Source of the DNA: Candidatus Latescibacterota bacterium
GTDB taxonomy: Bacteria > Latescibacterota > UBA2968 > UBA8231
Reading direction: 5' to 3'
Assembly: GCA_965221775.1 (NCBI GenBank)
Contig: CBDCSU010000005.1
Coordinates: forward strand, 224,001-288,000
DNA: 64,000 nt
In this document: in pieces, positions 1-9,309 of the stretch
How positions within the stretch are numbered: the first letter of the stretch is position 1
How the letters are laid out: the number at the start of each line of letters is the position of its first letter
The notes under the pieces: generated by a model
What the model saw: the letters and a program-made list of their open reading frames with translations, nothing else
Told to the model about the DNA's origin: nothing
The model's database searches: none
Position numbers and translations under genes: made by a program

Positions 1-738
1 CGCCGCGACTCCCCCGCCGTCCTCGAGGCCCGGCTCGCCGGCCGCGAGTACGTCGTCCTCGAGGACTTCTCCTTCTCCGAGCCGGGCGGCCTGCCCATGG
101 GCTGGGGCTGGCGGGACCGGGACGACGACGCGGAGAAGCCCTACCGGGTGCGCCGGCACGGCCGCGACGCCTTCGTCGAGGCCCGGGTGTCGGACTCGTC
201 GATCCTGATCCTGAGCCTGGCCCAGTGGAACCCGCGCCGGTATCCGATCCTGACCTGGTGCTGGCGGGCGGACCAGTTGCCGGAGGGCGGGGACGAGCGC
301 TTCGGGGCCACCAACGACAGCGCCGCGGGTTTGTACGTGTTCTACTCGCTGACCTGGCTGGGCGCGCCCCGGCACGTCAAGTACGTGTGGAGCACGACCC
401 TGCCCCTCGACACGGTGGGGCGCCGGAACCGCATCTTCCGTCCCTGGTACATCGTCGCCGAGAGCGGCGCCGAGAACCTGGGGCGGTGGACCTTCGAGAC
501 CGCCGACCTCGAGCGCGACTACGGCCGCACCTACGGGGGCGACCCGAAGGACCGGACCGTGGGGCTCGGCCTGCTGACCGACGCCAACAACACCGGGACT
601 CGGGCCGAGGCCTGTTACGGGGAGCTGCGCGCCTGGACCCGCCAGGCCTGGGAGCAGGGCCGCGTCGTCGACCACTGCGGCGGCCTCCGGGGCCCCCCCG
701 CCCTCACCGGCTCCACCTCACGGGAGGTCACGCCATGA
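1..738 (+). CDS. DUF3047-family protein (5' truncated by window edge)
   Basis: Frame open from base 1; motifs W.W..DQLPEGGDER..TNDSAA.LYV, KYVWS, GLLTDANNT are typical of DUF3047. Confidence 0.75.
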   Translation, partial: RRDSPAVLEARLAGREYVVLEDFSFSEPGGLPMGWGWRDRDDDAEKPYRVRRHGRDAFVEARVSDSSILILSLAQWNPRRYPILTWCWRADQLPEGGDERFGATNDSAAGLYVFYSLTWLGAPRHVKYVWSTTLPLDTVGRRNRIFRPWYIVAESGAENLGRWTFETADLERDYGRTYGGDPKDRTVGLGLLTDANNTGTRAEACYGELRAWTRQAWEQGRVVDHCGGLRGPPALTGSTSREVTP

Positions 739-1349
739 AGACCGTCATCTGCCTGCTCATGGCGCAGGCGCCCCTCGCCCTGCTCGCCGAGACGCCGCCC
801 GCCGGCACGGCCACCGACTTCCTGCGGAGCCACGACGCCCGCGTGCGGGAGGTCGTCCTCGCCGGCCCGGACACCTTGTCCGGCGAAGACCGGACCCGGG
901 TGCAGGACCTGATCGCCGAGGCCTTCGACTTCCGCGAGCTGGCGCGGCTCTCCCTCGGGGACCACTGGCGGGAACGCACCGCCGAGGAGCGCGGCGAGTT
1001 CGTGGACATCTTCCGCCGCATCATCGAGAGGCAGAACTTCGACCTCTTCGTGCGCTATCACCGGGAGGGACGGATCACCTACACCTCCGAGGAGGTCGAC
1101 GAGGAGGGGCGGGCGGTGGTCCTCGGCGAGGTGCCGCTGAAGCAGGAGACCCGGCGGATCGCCTACTACCTGCACCGGCCATCGACGGGGGCCGGGGGAG
1201 GCTGGCGCATCTACGACCTCGCCGTGGACGGGGCCGGCACGGCCGAGGCCAACCGCCGCACCTACACCCGCTACATCGGCCGCCACTCGTACCCGGCCCT
1301 CCTCGACGCCCTGCGCCGCAAGCTGGACCGGCTCGAAGGGCGGGGCTGA
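735..1349 (+). CDS. MlaC/Ttg2D (HpnM-like) periplasmic lipid-binding protein
   Basis: ATGA overlap with upstream stop; signal peptide; FDFRELARLSLGDHW..RT.EER.EF and WRIYDLAVDG motifs. Confidence 0.85.
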   Translation: MKTVICLLMAQAPLALLAETPPAGTATDFLRSHDARVREVVLAGPDTLSGEDRTRVQDLIAEAFDFRELARLSLGDHWRERTAEERGEFVDIFRRIIERQNFDLFVRYHREGRITYTSEEVDEEGRAVVLGEVPLKQETRRIAYYLHRPSTGAGGGWRIYDLAVDGAGTAEANRRTYTRYIGRHSYPALLDALRRKLDRLEGRG

Positions 1350-1355
1350 GAGCCG

Positions 1356-3797
1356 GTGGTCAGCGGCGGGCGCATGCGGATCAGCTACGAGCGCATCGTC
1401 CACTACGTCTTCCATCACCACCTGGGGATCATCCTCGTCTCCCTTGTGGTCTCCCTCCTCGCCGGATCGCTGGCGGCGCGCCTGAAGATCAAGGCCGACT
1501 CGGCCGACCTGCTGCCGGACGACTACGTGAGCGTCCGCGAGCTGAACCGCATCAAGGAGCGCGTCGGCGGCGCCGCGCCGCTGATGGTGATCGTCACCGG
1601 CCACGACCTGGCGGCCTGCGTGGAGTTCATGCACGTCCTGGCCGACTCCCTCGAGGGCAGTCCGATGCTGAGCTCCATCGTGCGCGGGCGCATGGCCCAG
1701 GCCGACTTCCTGAGCCGCAACCGCCTGCTCTACATGGACTTGGCCGACCTGCGGGAGCTGGAGGCGCGGGTGGAGGAGCAGGTCGAGCTGGAGAAGCTGC
1801 GGCGGTCCCCCCTGTACATCGGCCTGGACGACGAGGAGGATCCCCTCGAGCTCGACGACCTGGAGGCCCGCTACGCCGGCGCCAGCGAGGGCTTTCACCG
1901 CGACTACTACCTGACCAAGGAGGGCAACGGCGTCATCCTGCGGGTCTACCCGGCGGGGGTGATCACCGACATGACCTTCAGCCGGCGCCTCCTGTCGGGC
2001 ATCCGCTCGACGATCGACGCCATCGATCCCCAGCGCTTCCACGCCAGCACCGAGGTCTCCTTCTCGGGCAGCTTCAACAACGCCTTCACCCAGTACGACG
2101 TGATCGTGCAGGACCTGCGGTCGACGGCGCTCTACGCCTTCCTCGGCGTCCTCCTGCTCATCTCCCTCTACTTCCGCCAGGTCCTGTCGCCGCTCTTCGT
2201 CGTCGTCCCCCTGCTCATGAGCCTGTCGTGGACCTTCGCCCTCACCTGGCTCGTCATCGGCAACCTCAACCAGATCACCGTCTGTCTCTTCGCCATCCTC
2301 TTCGGACTCGGCATCGACTTCGGCATCCACATCTTCGCCCGTTACCGCGAGGCCCGCCGCAGGGGGCTGGAGACCGAAGCCGCCCTCGTGGAGACGGTCT
2401 GCCAGACAGGCAGCGCCCTGACCACCACGGCGGTGACCACGGCGGTGGCCTTCTTCTCGCTGCTGTTCTCCGACTTCAAGGGGTTCAGCGAGTTCGGCTT
2501 CATCGTCGGCGTGGGGATCCTGTTCTCGCTGGTGGCCATGGTCGTCATCTGCCCGGCCTTCCTCGTCCTGGCCGAGAGACTGCGGCTGATCCGCCTGGGG
2601 CAGCCGGAGGTCCCCGGCCACCTGCTGCGGCGCGGCCGCTACCCCGTGCCCCACCTCACCATGATCCTGGCCGTGGCGGCCACGGGCTACTCGTTGCTGC
2701 ACCTGGCCGACCTGCGCTTCGAGTACGACTTCAAGAAGCTCCGTCCGGACACCTCCGCCGGGGGGCCGAAGGCGAGCCTGCCCGACGAGCTGAAGGAGAC
2801 TCGCGCGCCGGCCATCGTCCTCACCGAGAACGAGGAGCAGGCGATGGCGGTGGTGGCCGAGGTCGAGAGGCGGCGCGCCGCCCACGGCGACAGCTCCACC
2901 ATCCGCTCGGTGCGCAGCGTCTACTCCCTGCTGCCCGCCGATCAGGAGGAGAAGCTGGCCATCCTCGCCGGCCTGCGGCACACCCTGGAGGAGAACGAGG
3001 ACCTCCTCGACAGCGGCACCCGCGCCCGCGTCGACTCCCTGCGGCGTTACCTGGAGGTCTCCCGGCTGCGGCTGGAGGACCTGCCCGGGGAGATGACCAA
3101 GAGCTTCTCCGGCAAGAACGGCGAGATCCTCAGCTTCGTGCAGATCAACGCCGCCGTGCCCCTGCGCGACGGGCGCAACGCCATCGCCTTCGCCCGGCAG
3201 ATCAAGGAGATCGAGACGCCCGGCGGCGGCACCTTCTTCGCCTCGAGCGCCCACATCATCTTCGCCGAGATGCTGGAGCTGATGCTCGACGACGCCGTCA
3301 AGGCGGTGGCCGTCTCGCTCATCGCCGTCACCCTGGTGCTGCTCATCGACCTGGGCAGTCTCGGGCGGAGCCTGCTCGTCCTCACGCCCCTGCTCACGGC
3401 GCTGGCCTGGGTCACGGGGTTGATGTACGTCTTCGATTTCAAGGTCAACATCTACAACATGGTCGCCTTCCCCACGATCATCGGCATGGGGATCGACAAC
3501 GCCGTGCACATGTTCCACCGCTACCGCGAGGCCGGCCCGGGATCGATGCGCCTCGTGCTGCGCACGACGGGCACGGTGCTGATGGCCACGACGCTGACGA
3601 CCATGGTCGGCTTCGCCGGCCTCGTGCCCGCCCATCACCCGGCCCTCTACTGGGTCGGCGCGGTCACGCTTCTGGGACTGGGATCCTGCTTCGTCTCAGC
3701 CGTCACCTTGTTGCCGGCGCTGCTGCAGATGCTCGAGGGGCCAAGAGAAACGGCCCGCCCCGGGAAGGCGGGGCTGCCTTCGGGGACGGGCCGCTGA
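1356..3797 (+). CDS. MMPL/RND family transporter (HpnN-like)
   Basis: Two repeats with GLGIDFGIH and GMGIDNAVH motifs, about 12 TM helices; alternative ATG at 1374. Confidence 0.9.
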   Translation: MVSGGRMRISYERIVHYVFHHHLGIILVSLVVSLLAGSLAARLKIKADSADLLPDDYVSVRELNRIKERVGGAAPLMVIVTGHDLAACVEFMHVLADSLEGSPMLSSIVRGRMAQADFLSRNRLLYMDLADLRELEARVEEQVELEKLRRSPLYIGLDDEEDPLELDDLEARYAGASEGFHRDYYLTKEGNGVILRVYPAGVITDMTFSRRLLSGIRSTIDAIDPQRFHASTEVSFSGSFNNAFTQYDVIVQDLRSTALYAFLGVLLLISLYFRQVLSPLFVVVPLLMSLSWTFALTWLVIGNLNQITVCLFAILFGLGIDFGIHIFARYREARRRGLETEAALVETVCQTGSALTTTAVTTAVAFFSLLFSDFKGFSEFGFIVGVGILFSLVAMVVICPAFLVLAERLRLIRLGQPEVPGHLLRRGRYPVPHLTMILAVAATGYSLLHLADLRFEYDFKKLRPDTSAGGPKASLPDELKETRAPAIVLTENEEQAMAVVAEVERRRAAHGDSSTIRSVRSVYSLLPADQEEKLAILAGLRHTLEENEDLLDSGTRARVDSLRRYLEVSRLRLEDLPGEMTKSFSGKNGEILSFVQINAAVPLRDGRNAIAFARQIKEIETPGGGTFFASSAHIIFAEMLELMLDDAVKAVAVSLIAVTLVLLIDLGSLGRSLLVLTPLLTALAWVTGLMYVFDFKVNIYNMVAFPTIIGMGIDNAVHMFHRYREAGPGSMRLVLRTTGTVLMATTLTTMVGFAGLVPAHHPALYWVGAVTLLGLGSCFVSAVTLLPALLQMLEGPRETARPGKAGLPSGTGR

Positions 3798-3802
3798 TTC
3801 GG

Positions 3803-3878
3803 TGGAGCGGGAGACGAGACTCGAACTCGCGACAACCACGTTGGCAACGTGGGGCTCTACCAACTGAGCTACTCCCGC
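3803..3878 (-). tRNA. tRNA-Gly(GCC)
   Basis: Reverse complement GCGGGAGTAGCTCAGTTGGTAGAGC-CCACG TTGCCAA CGTGG-TTGTCGCGAGTTCGAGTCTCGTCTCCCGCTCCA; 76 nt with encoded CCA. Confidence 0.97.
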
Positions 3879-3891
3879 GATCGGGAGGAGG

Positions 3892-3921
3892 AATATAGAG
3901 AGTGGAAAAAAAGAGCGTCAA
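3892..3921 (-). promoter_or_regulatory. sigma70-type promoter for tRNA-Gly
   Basis: TTGACG-N18-TATATT on the minus strand just upstream of the tRNA 5' end. Confidence 0.65.
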
Positions 3922-6900
3922 GGCCGTGGGCGCCGCCTGCATCGCCCTGGCGGCAGGGCTCGGCTGCGGCGGCGACGGCGGCCGCGTCCTGCCGCCGCAG
4001 GCGCGCTGGCACAACAACCAGGGCGTCGTCTACATGGACCAGCACAACTACGTCCGGGGCCGCGAGCACTTCGAGGAGGCCGCCCGGCTCGCCCCGGGTT
4101 ACGCCACGGCCCGCGCCAATCTCGGCATCGCCCTCTACAGCCTGGGGAAGTACGACAGCGCCCGCGTCGCCCTGGGCCAGGCCCTGGAGCGCGACGGCGG
4201 TCACCTGCACGCCCTCTACACCCTGGGCCTCATCGACCACGCCCAGGGTCGTGACTACGCCGCCGCCCTCGACCGCTTCCGGAAGGTGGCCGCCCGCGAC
4301 GGCGAGGACCCCCTCGTGTGGTACTTCCTCGGCCGGACCCATGCCAAGGTCGGCCGGGCGGACTCCGCGGTGGCCGCCTACGAGCGCGCCATCGCCCTGG
4401 ACCCCACCCACCTGTCGGCCCACTACGCCCTCGCCCAGGAGCTGCGCCAGCAGGGCGACCTGGAGGCCTGGCGGCGGACCCTGGACCGCTTCGACCAGCT
4501 GAGCCGGGCCGGCGTCGAGGGCGTCTCCTCCGCCTACCAGGGTCAGGGCAAGTACGCCGAGGCCCTGGCCGAGGGCCGCTTCGGAGGCGGCGGCGCCGGA
4601 AGCGGCGGCGGCCTGCGCTTCCGGGCGGCGGCGGACCTGGCCGCCGGTGAAGGTCCCCTGCTCTTCCTCACCCCCGTCGACGCCGACGGCGACGGGGACG
4701 CCGACGTGGTGGCCGGCACCGGCCGCGGGCCGCTGCTGCTGAACAACGGCGACGACGGCCTCCTGGCGGGCGCGGCCTGGGACCTCGAAGGGGTTCCGGC
4801 GGCCCGGGGCCTGGTCTTCGCCGACGTCGATGACGACGGCGACGCCGACGCCGCCTGGTCCGGCGACGGTCTGCGCCTCCTCCGGCAGGACGAGGGCGGG
4901 CGCTTCCGGCTCTCGGACGAGTCCCTGGCGCCGGCCCCGGGGACGGCGCTCTTCGGGGATGTCGATCACGACGGCGACGCCGACCTGATCGCCGCCGGTC
5001 CCGGCCTGGTCCTGTGGGCCAACGACGGCACGGGAGCCTTCGCCGACGCCACCGCCGCCGCCCGCCTGGCCGTCCCCGGCGTCGAGGCGGCTGTCCTGTC
5101 CGACTTCGACGACGACCGCGACGTCGACATCCTCGCCGGGGGCCGGTCCCTCGGCCTCTACGGCAACAACCGCGACGGCACCTTCACCGACGCGGCCGGC
5201 CGCCGGGGCCTGGAAGCGGGCGGGGTCACCGGCCTCGCCGTGGCCGACCTCGACCCGGACGGGCGCATGGACGTGCTGGTGGTGACCGCCGACGGCGCCC
5301 GCCTGCACGCCAACCGCGGCACCGCCTTCGAGGCGGTCCCGGTGCCGGCTCCGGACGGCGCCCGCCAGGTCCTGCCCGCCGACTTCGACAACGACGGCGA
5401 CCTCGACCTGCTGTGGGTCGGTCCCGAGGGCGCCCGGACCGCCGTTGGCCAGGGCTCCGACTTCCAGCCCGCGGGCGCGGATCTCGGACCGGGGCCGTGG
5501 GCCATCCTCGACGCCGACAGCGACGGCCGCCTCGACGTGCTCGCCGGCCGCAAGAGGTGGCTCAACGACAGCGACGCCGGGAACTGGCTCGCCGTCGACC
5601 TGTCGGGCCGCAACAGCAACCCCGACGGCTTCGGCGCCAAGGTGGTGGTCTCCACCGCCCTCGGTCAGCAGAAGCGGGAGCTGCGCGGCGGCGCCGGGGA
5701 CCCGCCGCTGCTGCACTTCGGCCTGGCCGGGTCCGACTCGGTGGAGTTCGTCAGCGTCCTCTGGCCCAGCGGCGTGCGTCAGACCGAGCTGGCCTCCGCC
5801 GCCGGCCGGCGCCTGGAGCTGATGGAGCTCGACCGCAAGGGCACCTCCTGCCCCGTCCTCTACGCCTGGGACGGCAGCGGCTTCGGCTTCGTCTCCGACT
5901 TCCTCGGAGGCGCCATCATCGGCTACCTGACCGCCCCCGGGCAGTACTACACGCCGGACACGGACGAGTACCTCCCCCTGCGCCGCCTGGAGGCCAAGGA
6001 CGGGAGCTACGTGCTGCAGGTGGCCAACCAGCTCGAGGAGATCGTCTACCTCGACGCCGCGGAACTGGTCGCCGTCGACCACCCCGCCGGCCTGCGCCTG
6101 GAGCCGAACGAGCGCCTGTTGTCCGCACCCCCCTACCCCCCCTTCCGGACCTATGCCGTGTCGCGGACCCGCCCGCTGGCGAGCGCGCGCGACGGCGAGG
6201 GCCGCGACGCGGGGGCGGAGCTGGCCCGCATCGACGACATCTGGTACGAGGGGTTCGCGCGCAGCGACATCCACGGCTACGCCGGCGAGTCCACCCTGAT
6301 CCTGGATCTGGGCGACTTGAGGGACTGGCCGCACCCGGTCCTGCTGGCCCACGGCTGGGTCGACTACGCCCATTCCAGCAGCAACTGGGCAGCTTCCCAG
6401 CGCGGCCTGGGGCGGGCGCCGCCGCGGCTGGAGGTCGACCACGGCGAGGGCTGGCGCCTGGCGACCGCCGACATGGGCACCCCCGCCGGACTGCCGAAGA
6501 CGATGCTCGTCGATCTGGACGGGCTCTTCCCGGCCGGCACGGAGACGGCGCGTCTGCGCATCACCACCCGGGCCTGCGTCTACTGGGACCAGTTCCTCCT
6601 CGGGCAGGCGGAGCCGGAGGCGCCGCGCCGCGTCCACCGGCGCCGGTTCGAGGCCGACCTGCACTGGCGCGGTTACCCCGCCCACGAGTCGGTCCGCGGC
6701 ACCTTCGCCTTCCGCTACCACTACGAGCGGCTGCGCACCGAGGCCCTCTGGGGGACCCACGCCGGCGCCTTCACGCGCCACGGCGACGTGACCGAGCTGG
6801 TGGCCGCCGTGGACGACCGCTTCGCCATCCTGCGCCACGGCGACGAGCTGACCCTCGAGGTCGAAGCCGGCGCCTTCCCGCCGGTGCCGGCGGGCTGGGA

Positions 6901-7102
6901 GCGGACCTTCCTGCTCTACGCCGACGGCTTCGGCAAGGACATGGACTTCCACTCCGCCCACTCCCTCACCGTCGAGCCCCTGCCTTTCCACGGCATGTCC
7001 CGCTACCCCTACGGCCCGGACGAGAGCTACCCCGCCACGCCGGAGCACGTGCGCTACGTGCTCGACTACAACACGAGATGGGTGAAGGGCTACTACCGCT
7101 AG
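3902..7102 (+). CDS. TPR + FG-GAP/VCBS repeat + ASPIC/UnbV lipoprotein
   Basis: SD GGAGGAGG; lipobox LGC; TPR helices; many DxDxDGDxD repeats; LHFGL...V.WPSG ASPIC/UnbV motif; C-terminal SCP.LYAWDG domain. Confidence 0.85.
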   Translation: MEKKSVKAVGAACIALAAGLGCGGDGGRVLPPQARWHNNQGVVYMDQHNYVRGREHFEEAARLAPGYATARANLGIALYSLGKYDSARVALGQALERDGGHLHALYTLGLIDHAQGRDYAAALDRFRKVAARDGEDPLVWYFLGRTHAKVGRADSAVAAYERAIALDPTHLSAHYALAQELRQQGDLEAWRRTLDRFDQLSRAGVEGVSSAYQGQGKYAEALAEGRFGGGGAGSGGGLRFRAAADLAAGEGPLLFLTPVDADGDGDADVVAGTGRGPLLLNNGDDGLLAGAAWDLEGVPAARGLVFADVDDDGDADAAWSGDGLRLLRQDEGGRFRLSDESLAPAPGTALFGDVDHDGDADLIAAGPGLVLWANDGTGAFADATAAARLAVPGVEAAVLSDFDDDRDVDILAGGRSLGLYGNNRDGTFTDAAGRRGLEAGGVTGLAVADLDPDGRMDVLVVTADGARLHANRGTAFEAVPVPAPDGARQVLPADFDNDGDLDLLWVGPEGARTAVGQGSDFQPAGADLGPGPWAILDADSDGRLDVLAGRKRWLNDSDAGNWLAVDLSGRNSNPDGFGAKVVVSTALGQQKRELRGGAGDPPLLHFGLAGSDSVEFVSVLWPSGVRQTELASAAGRRLELMELDRKGTSCPVLYAWDGSGFGFVSDFLGGAIIGYLTAPGQYYTPDTDEYLPLRRLEAKDGSYVLQVANQLEEIVYLDAAELVAVDHPAGLRLEPNERLLSAPPYPPFRTYAVSRTRPLASARDGEGRDAGAELARIDDIWYEGFARSDIHGYAGESTLILDLGDLRDWPHPVLLAHGWVDYAHSSSNWAASQRGLGRAPPRLEVDHGEGWRLATADMGTPAGLPKTMLVDLDGLFPAGTETARLRITTRACVYWDQFLLGQAEPEAPRRVHRRRFEADLHWRGYPAHESVRGTFAFRYHYERLRTEALWGTHAGAFTRHGDVTELVAAVDDRFAILRHGDELTLEVEAGAFPPVPAGWERTFLLYADGFGKDMDFHSAHSLTVEPLPFHGMSRYPYGPDESYPATPEHVRYVLDYNTRWVKGYYR

Positions 7103-7115
7103 GGGAGCTGCGCGG

Positions 7116-9299
7116 ATGAGCCCCCGCCTGCCGCCGGTCCCGAGGCCGTCCCTGCGGGGCGTCTGCAGGATCGCCGCCGTGTGCCTCGCCTGCCTGTTTC
7201 TCTACGCGGCGGGCTTCGGCGCGGTCTACCTCCTGTTCAGCGACAACCTGCCCGACATCGACGAGCTGGAGACCTTCCAGCCCAAGCGGGTCACCCGCGT
7301 CTACTCGGCCGACGGCCGCCACCTGTACGACTTCAAGCTGGAGAACCGCGAGCTGATCCGCAGCTTCGACGAGATCCCCGCGGCGATGAAGGATGCCCTG
7401 ATCTCGGTGGAGGACCGCCGCTTCTTCAGCCACTGGGGCATCGACCTGCACCGCATCCTCGGGGCCGTCCTGGAGAACGTGAAGCGCAGGGATCCCACCG
7501 CCCAGGGGGCCAGCACCCTCACCCAGCAGCTGGCCCGCAACCTCTACCGGAAGGTCGGCACGCAGCGCTCATCGGAATCCGTCGGGGACCTCCTCGCCAC
7601 CTACGCCCGCAAGATCCGCGAGCAGATCACCGCGGTCCACGTGGAGCGGCTCTACACCAAGCGCGAGATCCTGGTGATGTACCTCAACACCGTGTTCTTC
7701 GGGTACGACGCCTACGGCCTGAAGTCGGCGGCGCGCCTGTACTTCGACAAGGAGGCCGGCGAGCTGGAGGTGGAGGAGTGCGCCATGCTCGCGGGCCTGC
7801 TGAAGGCGCCGAACAGCTACAGCCCCTTCAACCACCCGGAGAAGGCCCTCGGCCGCCGCAATCTCGTGCTGGAGGAGATGGTCAAGGCGGGGAAGCTCGA
7901 CGCCGAAGAGGCCGAACGCCTGTCGCGGGAGCCGGCCCGCATCCGCCGCGGGCGCCGCTCCGAGACCTACGGGCTGGCCCCCTACTTCGTGGAGTTCGTC
8001 CGCCAGCAACTGGACGCCGAGCACGGCGGCAAGCTCTACCGCGAGGGCTACTCGGTGCACACCACCCTCGACGCCACCCTGCAACGCATCGCCGAGGAGC
8101 ACTTCAACACCCAGATCGCCGCGGTCCAGGCCAAGGTCGACGCCTGGGTGGCGCGGCAGGCCCCGGCCCACCGTCCCGACAGCGACCGGGCCGTCGTGCA
8201 AGGCGCCTTCATCGCCATCGATCCGGCCACCGGCGACATCCTGGCGATGATCGGAGGCCGGGACTTCTCGGAGAGCAAGTTCAACCGGGCCCACCAGGCC
8301 CTGCGCCAGGCGGGCTCCGCCTTCAAGCCCTTCGTCTACACCGCGGCGATCGACAACAACCGCTTCCCCATCGACGTCTACGACGACAACTCCATCGTCG
8401 TCGAGGAATGGGACGGCACCATCTGGACCCCCGAGAACTACGATCACAAGTTCAAGGGCCCCGTCACCCTCCGCCAGGGTCTCAAGGAGTCGCGCAACAT
8501 CATCGCCCTGAAGCTGGCCCAGGACCTCGGCCCCGACCGGGTGGCCCAATACGCCGAGACCATGGGCATCAGCACGCCGATCGACCCGTACTACGCCATC
8601 GGCATCGGCTCGAGCGACGTCAGGCTCCTGGACATGGTGGCCGCCTACTCGGTCTTTCCCAACCGCGGGATCTACGTCAGGCCGGTCCCCGTCTCCCGGA
8701 TCGAGGACTCCGAGGGCAGCGTCATCTTCGAGTCGAGCCCGGAGCGGCACGCGGTGCTGCGTCCGGCCGTGGCCGTGGTCATGACCGACCTGATGCGCTC
8801 GGTGATGGACGAGTTCGGCGGCACCGGCCGCTCGGCTCGCTTCCGCCACGGCTTCCGCTGGGCGGCGGCCGGCAAGACGGGTACCACCAACGACTACCGC
8901 GACGCCTGGTTCCTCGGCTTCACGCCCCACCTGGTGGCCGGCGTCTGGGTCGGTGTCGACGATCCCAGCATCGGACTGGCCTCCCAGGCCGGCGCCGCCG
9001 CCGCCCTGCCGGTCTGGGCCCGCTTCATGAAGCAGGTCTACGACGAGGTCGAGCCCTACCGCGGGCGGCGCCGCGACCGGTTCGAGTTCCCGGAGGCGCT
9101 GGTGGAGTTCCGCTCCGTGTGCATGGACACGTACAAGCTGGCGACGCGCTACTGTCCGAACCGGTCGAAGGAGCGCGACCCCGACGTGATCAGACGCCAG
9201 CAGGAGGATCCCGAGATCTTCATCCGCGGAGGCGCCATGCCGGAGCCCTGCCCCCGCCACGGCGTCGACTCCGGCGGACGGCGGCGGCGGCGGTTCTGA
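7116..9299 (+). CDS. mrcA: Penicillin-binding protein 1A (bifunctional transglycosylase/transpeptidase)
   Basis: EDRRFFSHWGID, GASTLTQQLARN, RKIRE; SAFK (SxxK), SRN, KTGT motifs. Confidence 0.92.
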   Translation: MSPRLPPVPRPSLRGVCRIAAVCLACLFLYAAGFGAVYLLFSDNLPDIDELETFQPKRVTRVYSADGRHLYDFKLENRELIRSFDEIPAAMKDALISVEDRRFFSHWGIDLHRILGAVLENVKRRDPTAQGASTLTQQLARNLYRKVGTQRSSESVGDLLATYARKIREQITAVHVERLYTKREILVMYLNTVFFGYDAYGLKSAARLYFDKEAGELEVEECAMLAGLLKAPNSYSPFNHPEKALGRRNLVLEEMVKAGKLDAEEAERLSREPARIRRGRRSETYGLAPYFVEFVRQQLDAEHGGKLYREGYSVHTTLDATLQRIAEEHFNTQIAAVQAKVDAWVARQAPAHRPDSDRAVVQGAFIAIDPATGDILAMIGGRDFSESKFNRAHQALRQAGSAFKPFVYTAAIDNNRFPIDVYDDNSIVVEEWDGTIWTPENYDHKFKGPVTLRQGLKESRNIIALKLAQDLGPDRVAQYAETMGISTPIDPYYAIGIGSSDVRLLDMVAAYSVFPNRGIYVRPVPVSRIEDSEGSVIFESSPERHAVLRPAVAVVMTDLMRSVMDEFGGTGRSARFRHGFRWAAAGKTGTTNDYRDAWFLGFTPHLVAGVWVGVDDPSIGLASQAGAAAALPVWARFMKQVYDEVEPYRGRRRDRFEFPEALVEFRSVCMDTYKLATRYCPNRSKERDPDVIRRQQEDPEIFIRGGAMPEPCPRHGVDSGGRRRRRF

Positions 9300-9309
9300 A
9301 CCGAAGGAG

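Noticed and set aside
3803-3878. tRNA as an integration site for an island
   Set aside because: No integrase, no duplicated tRNA 3' end noticed and no obvious compositional break
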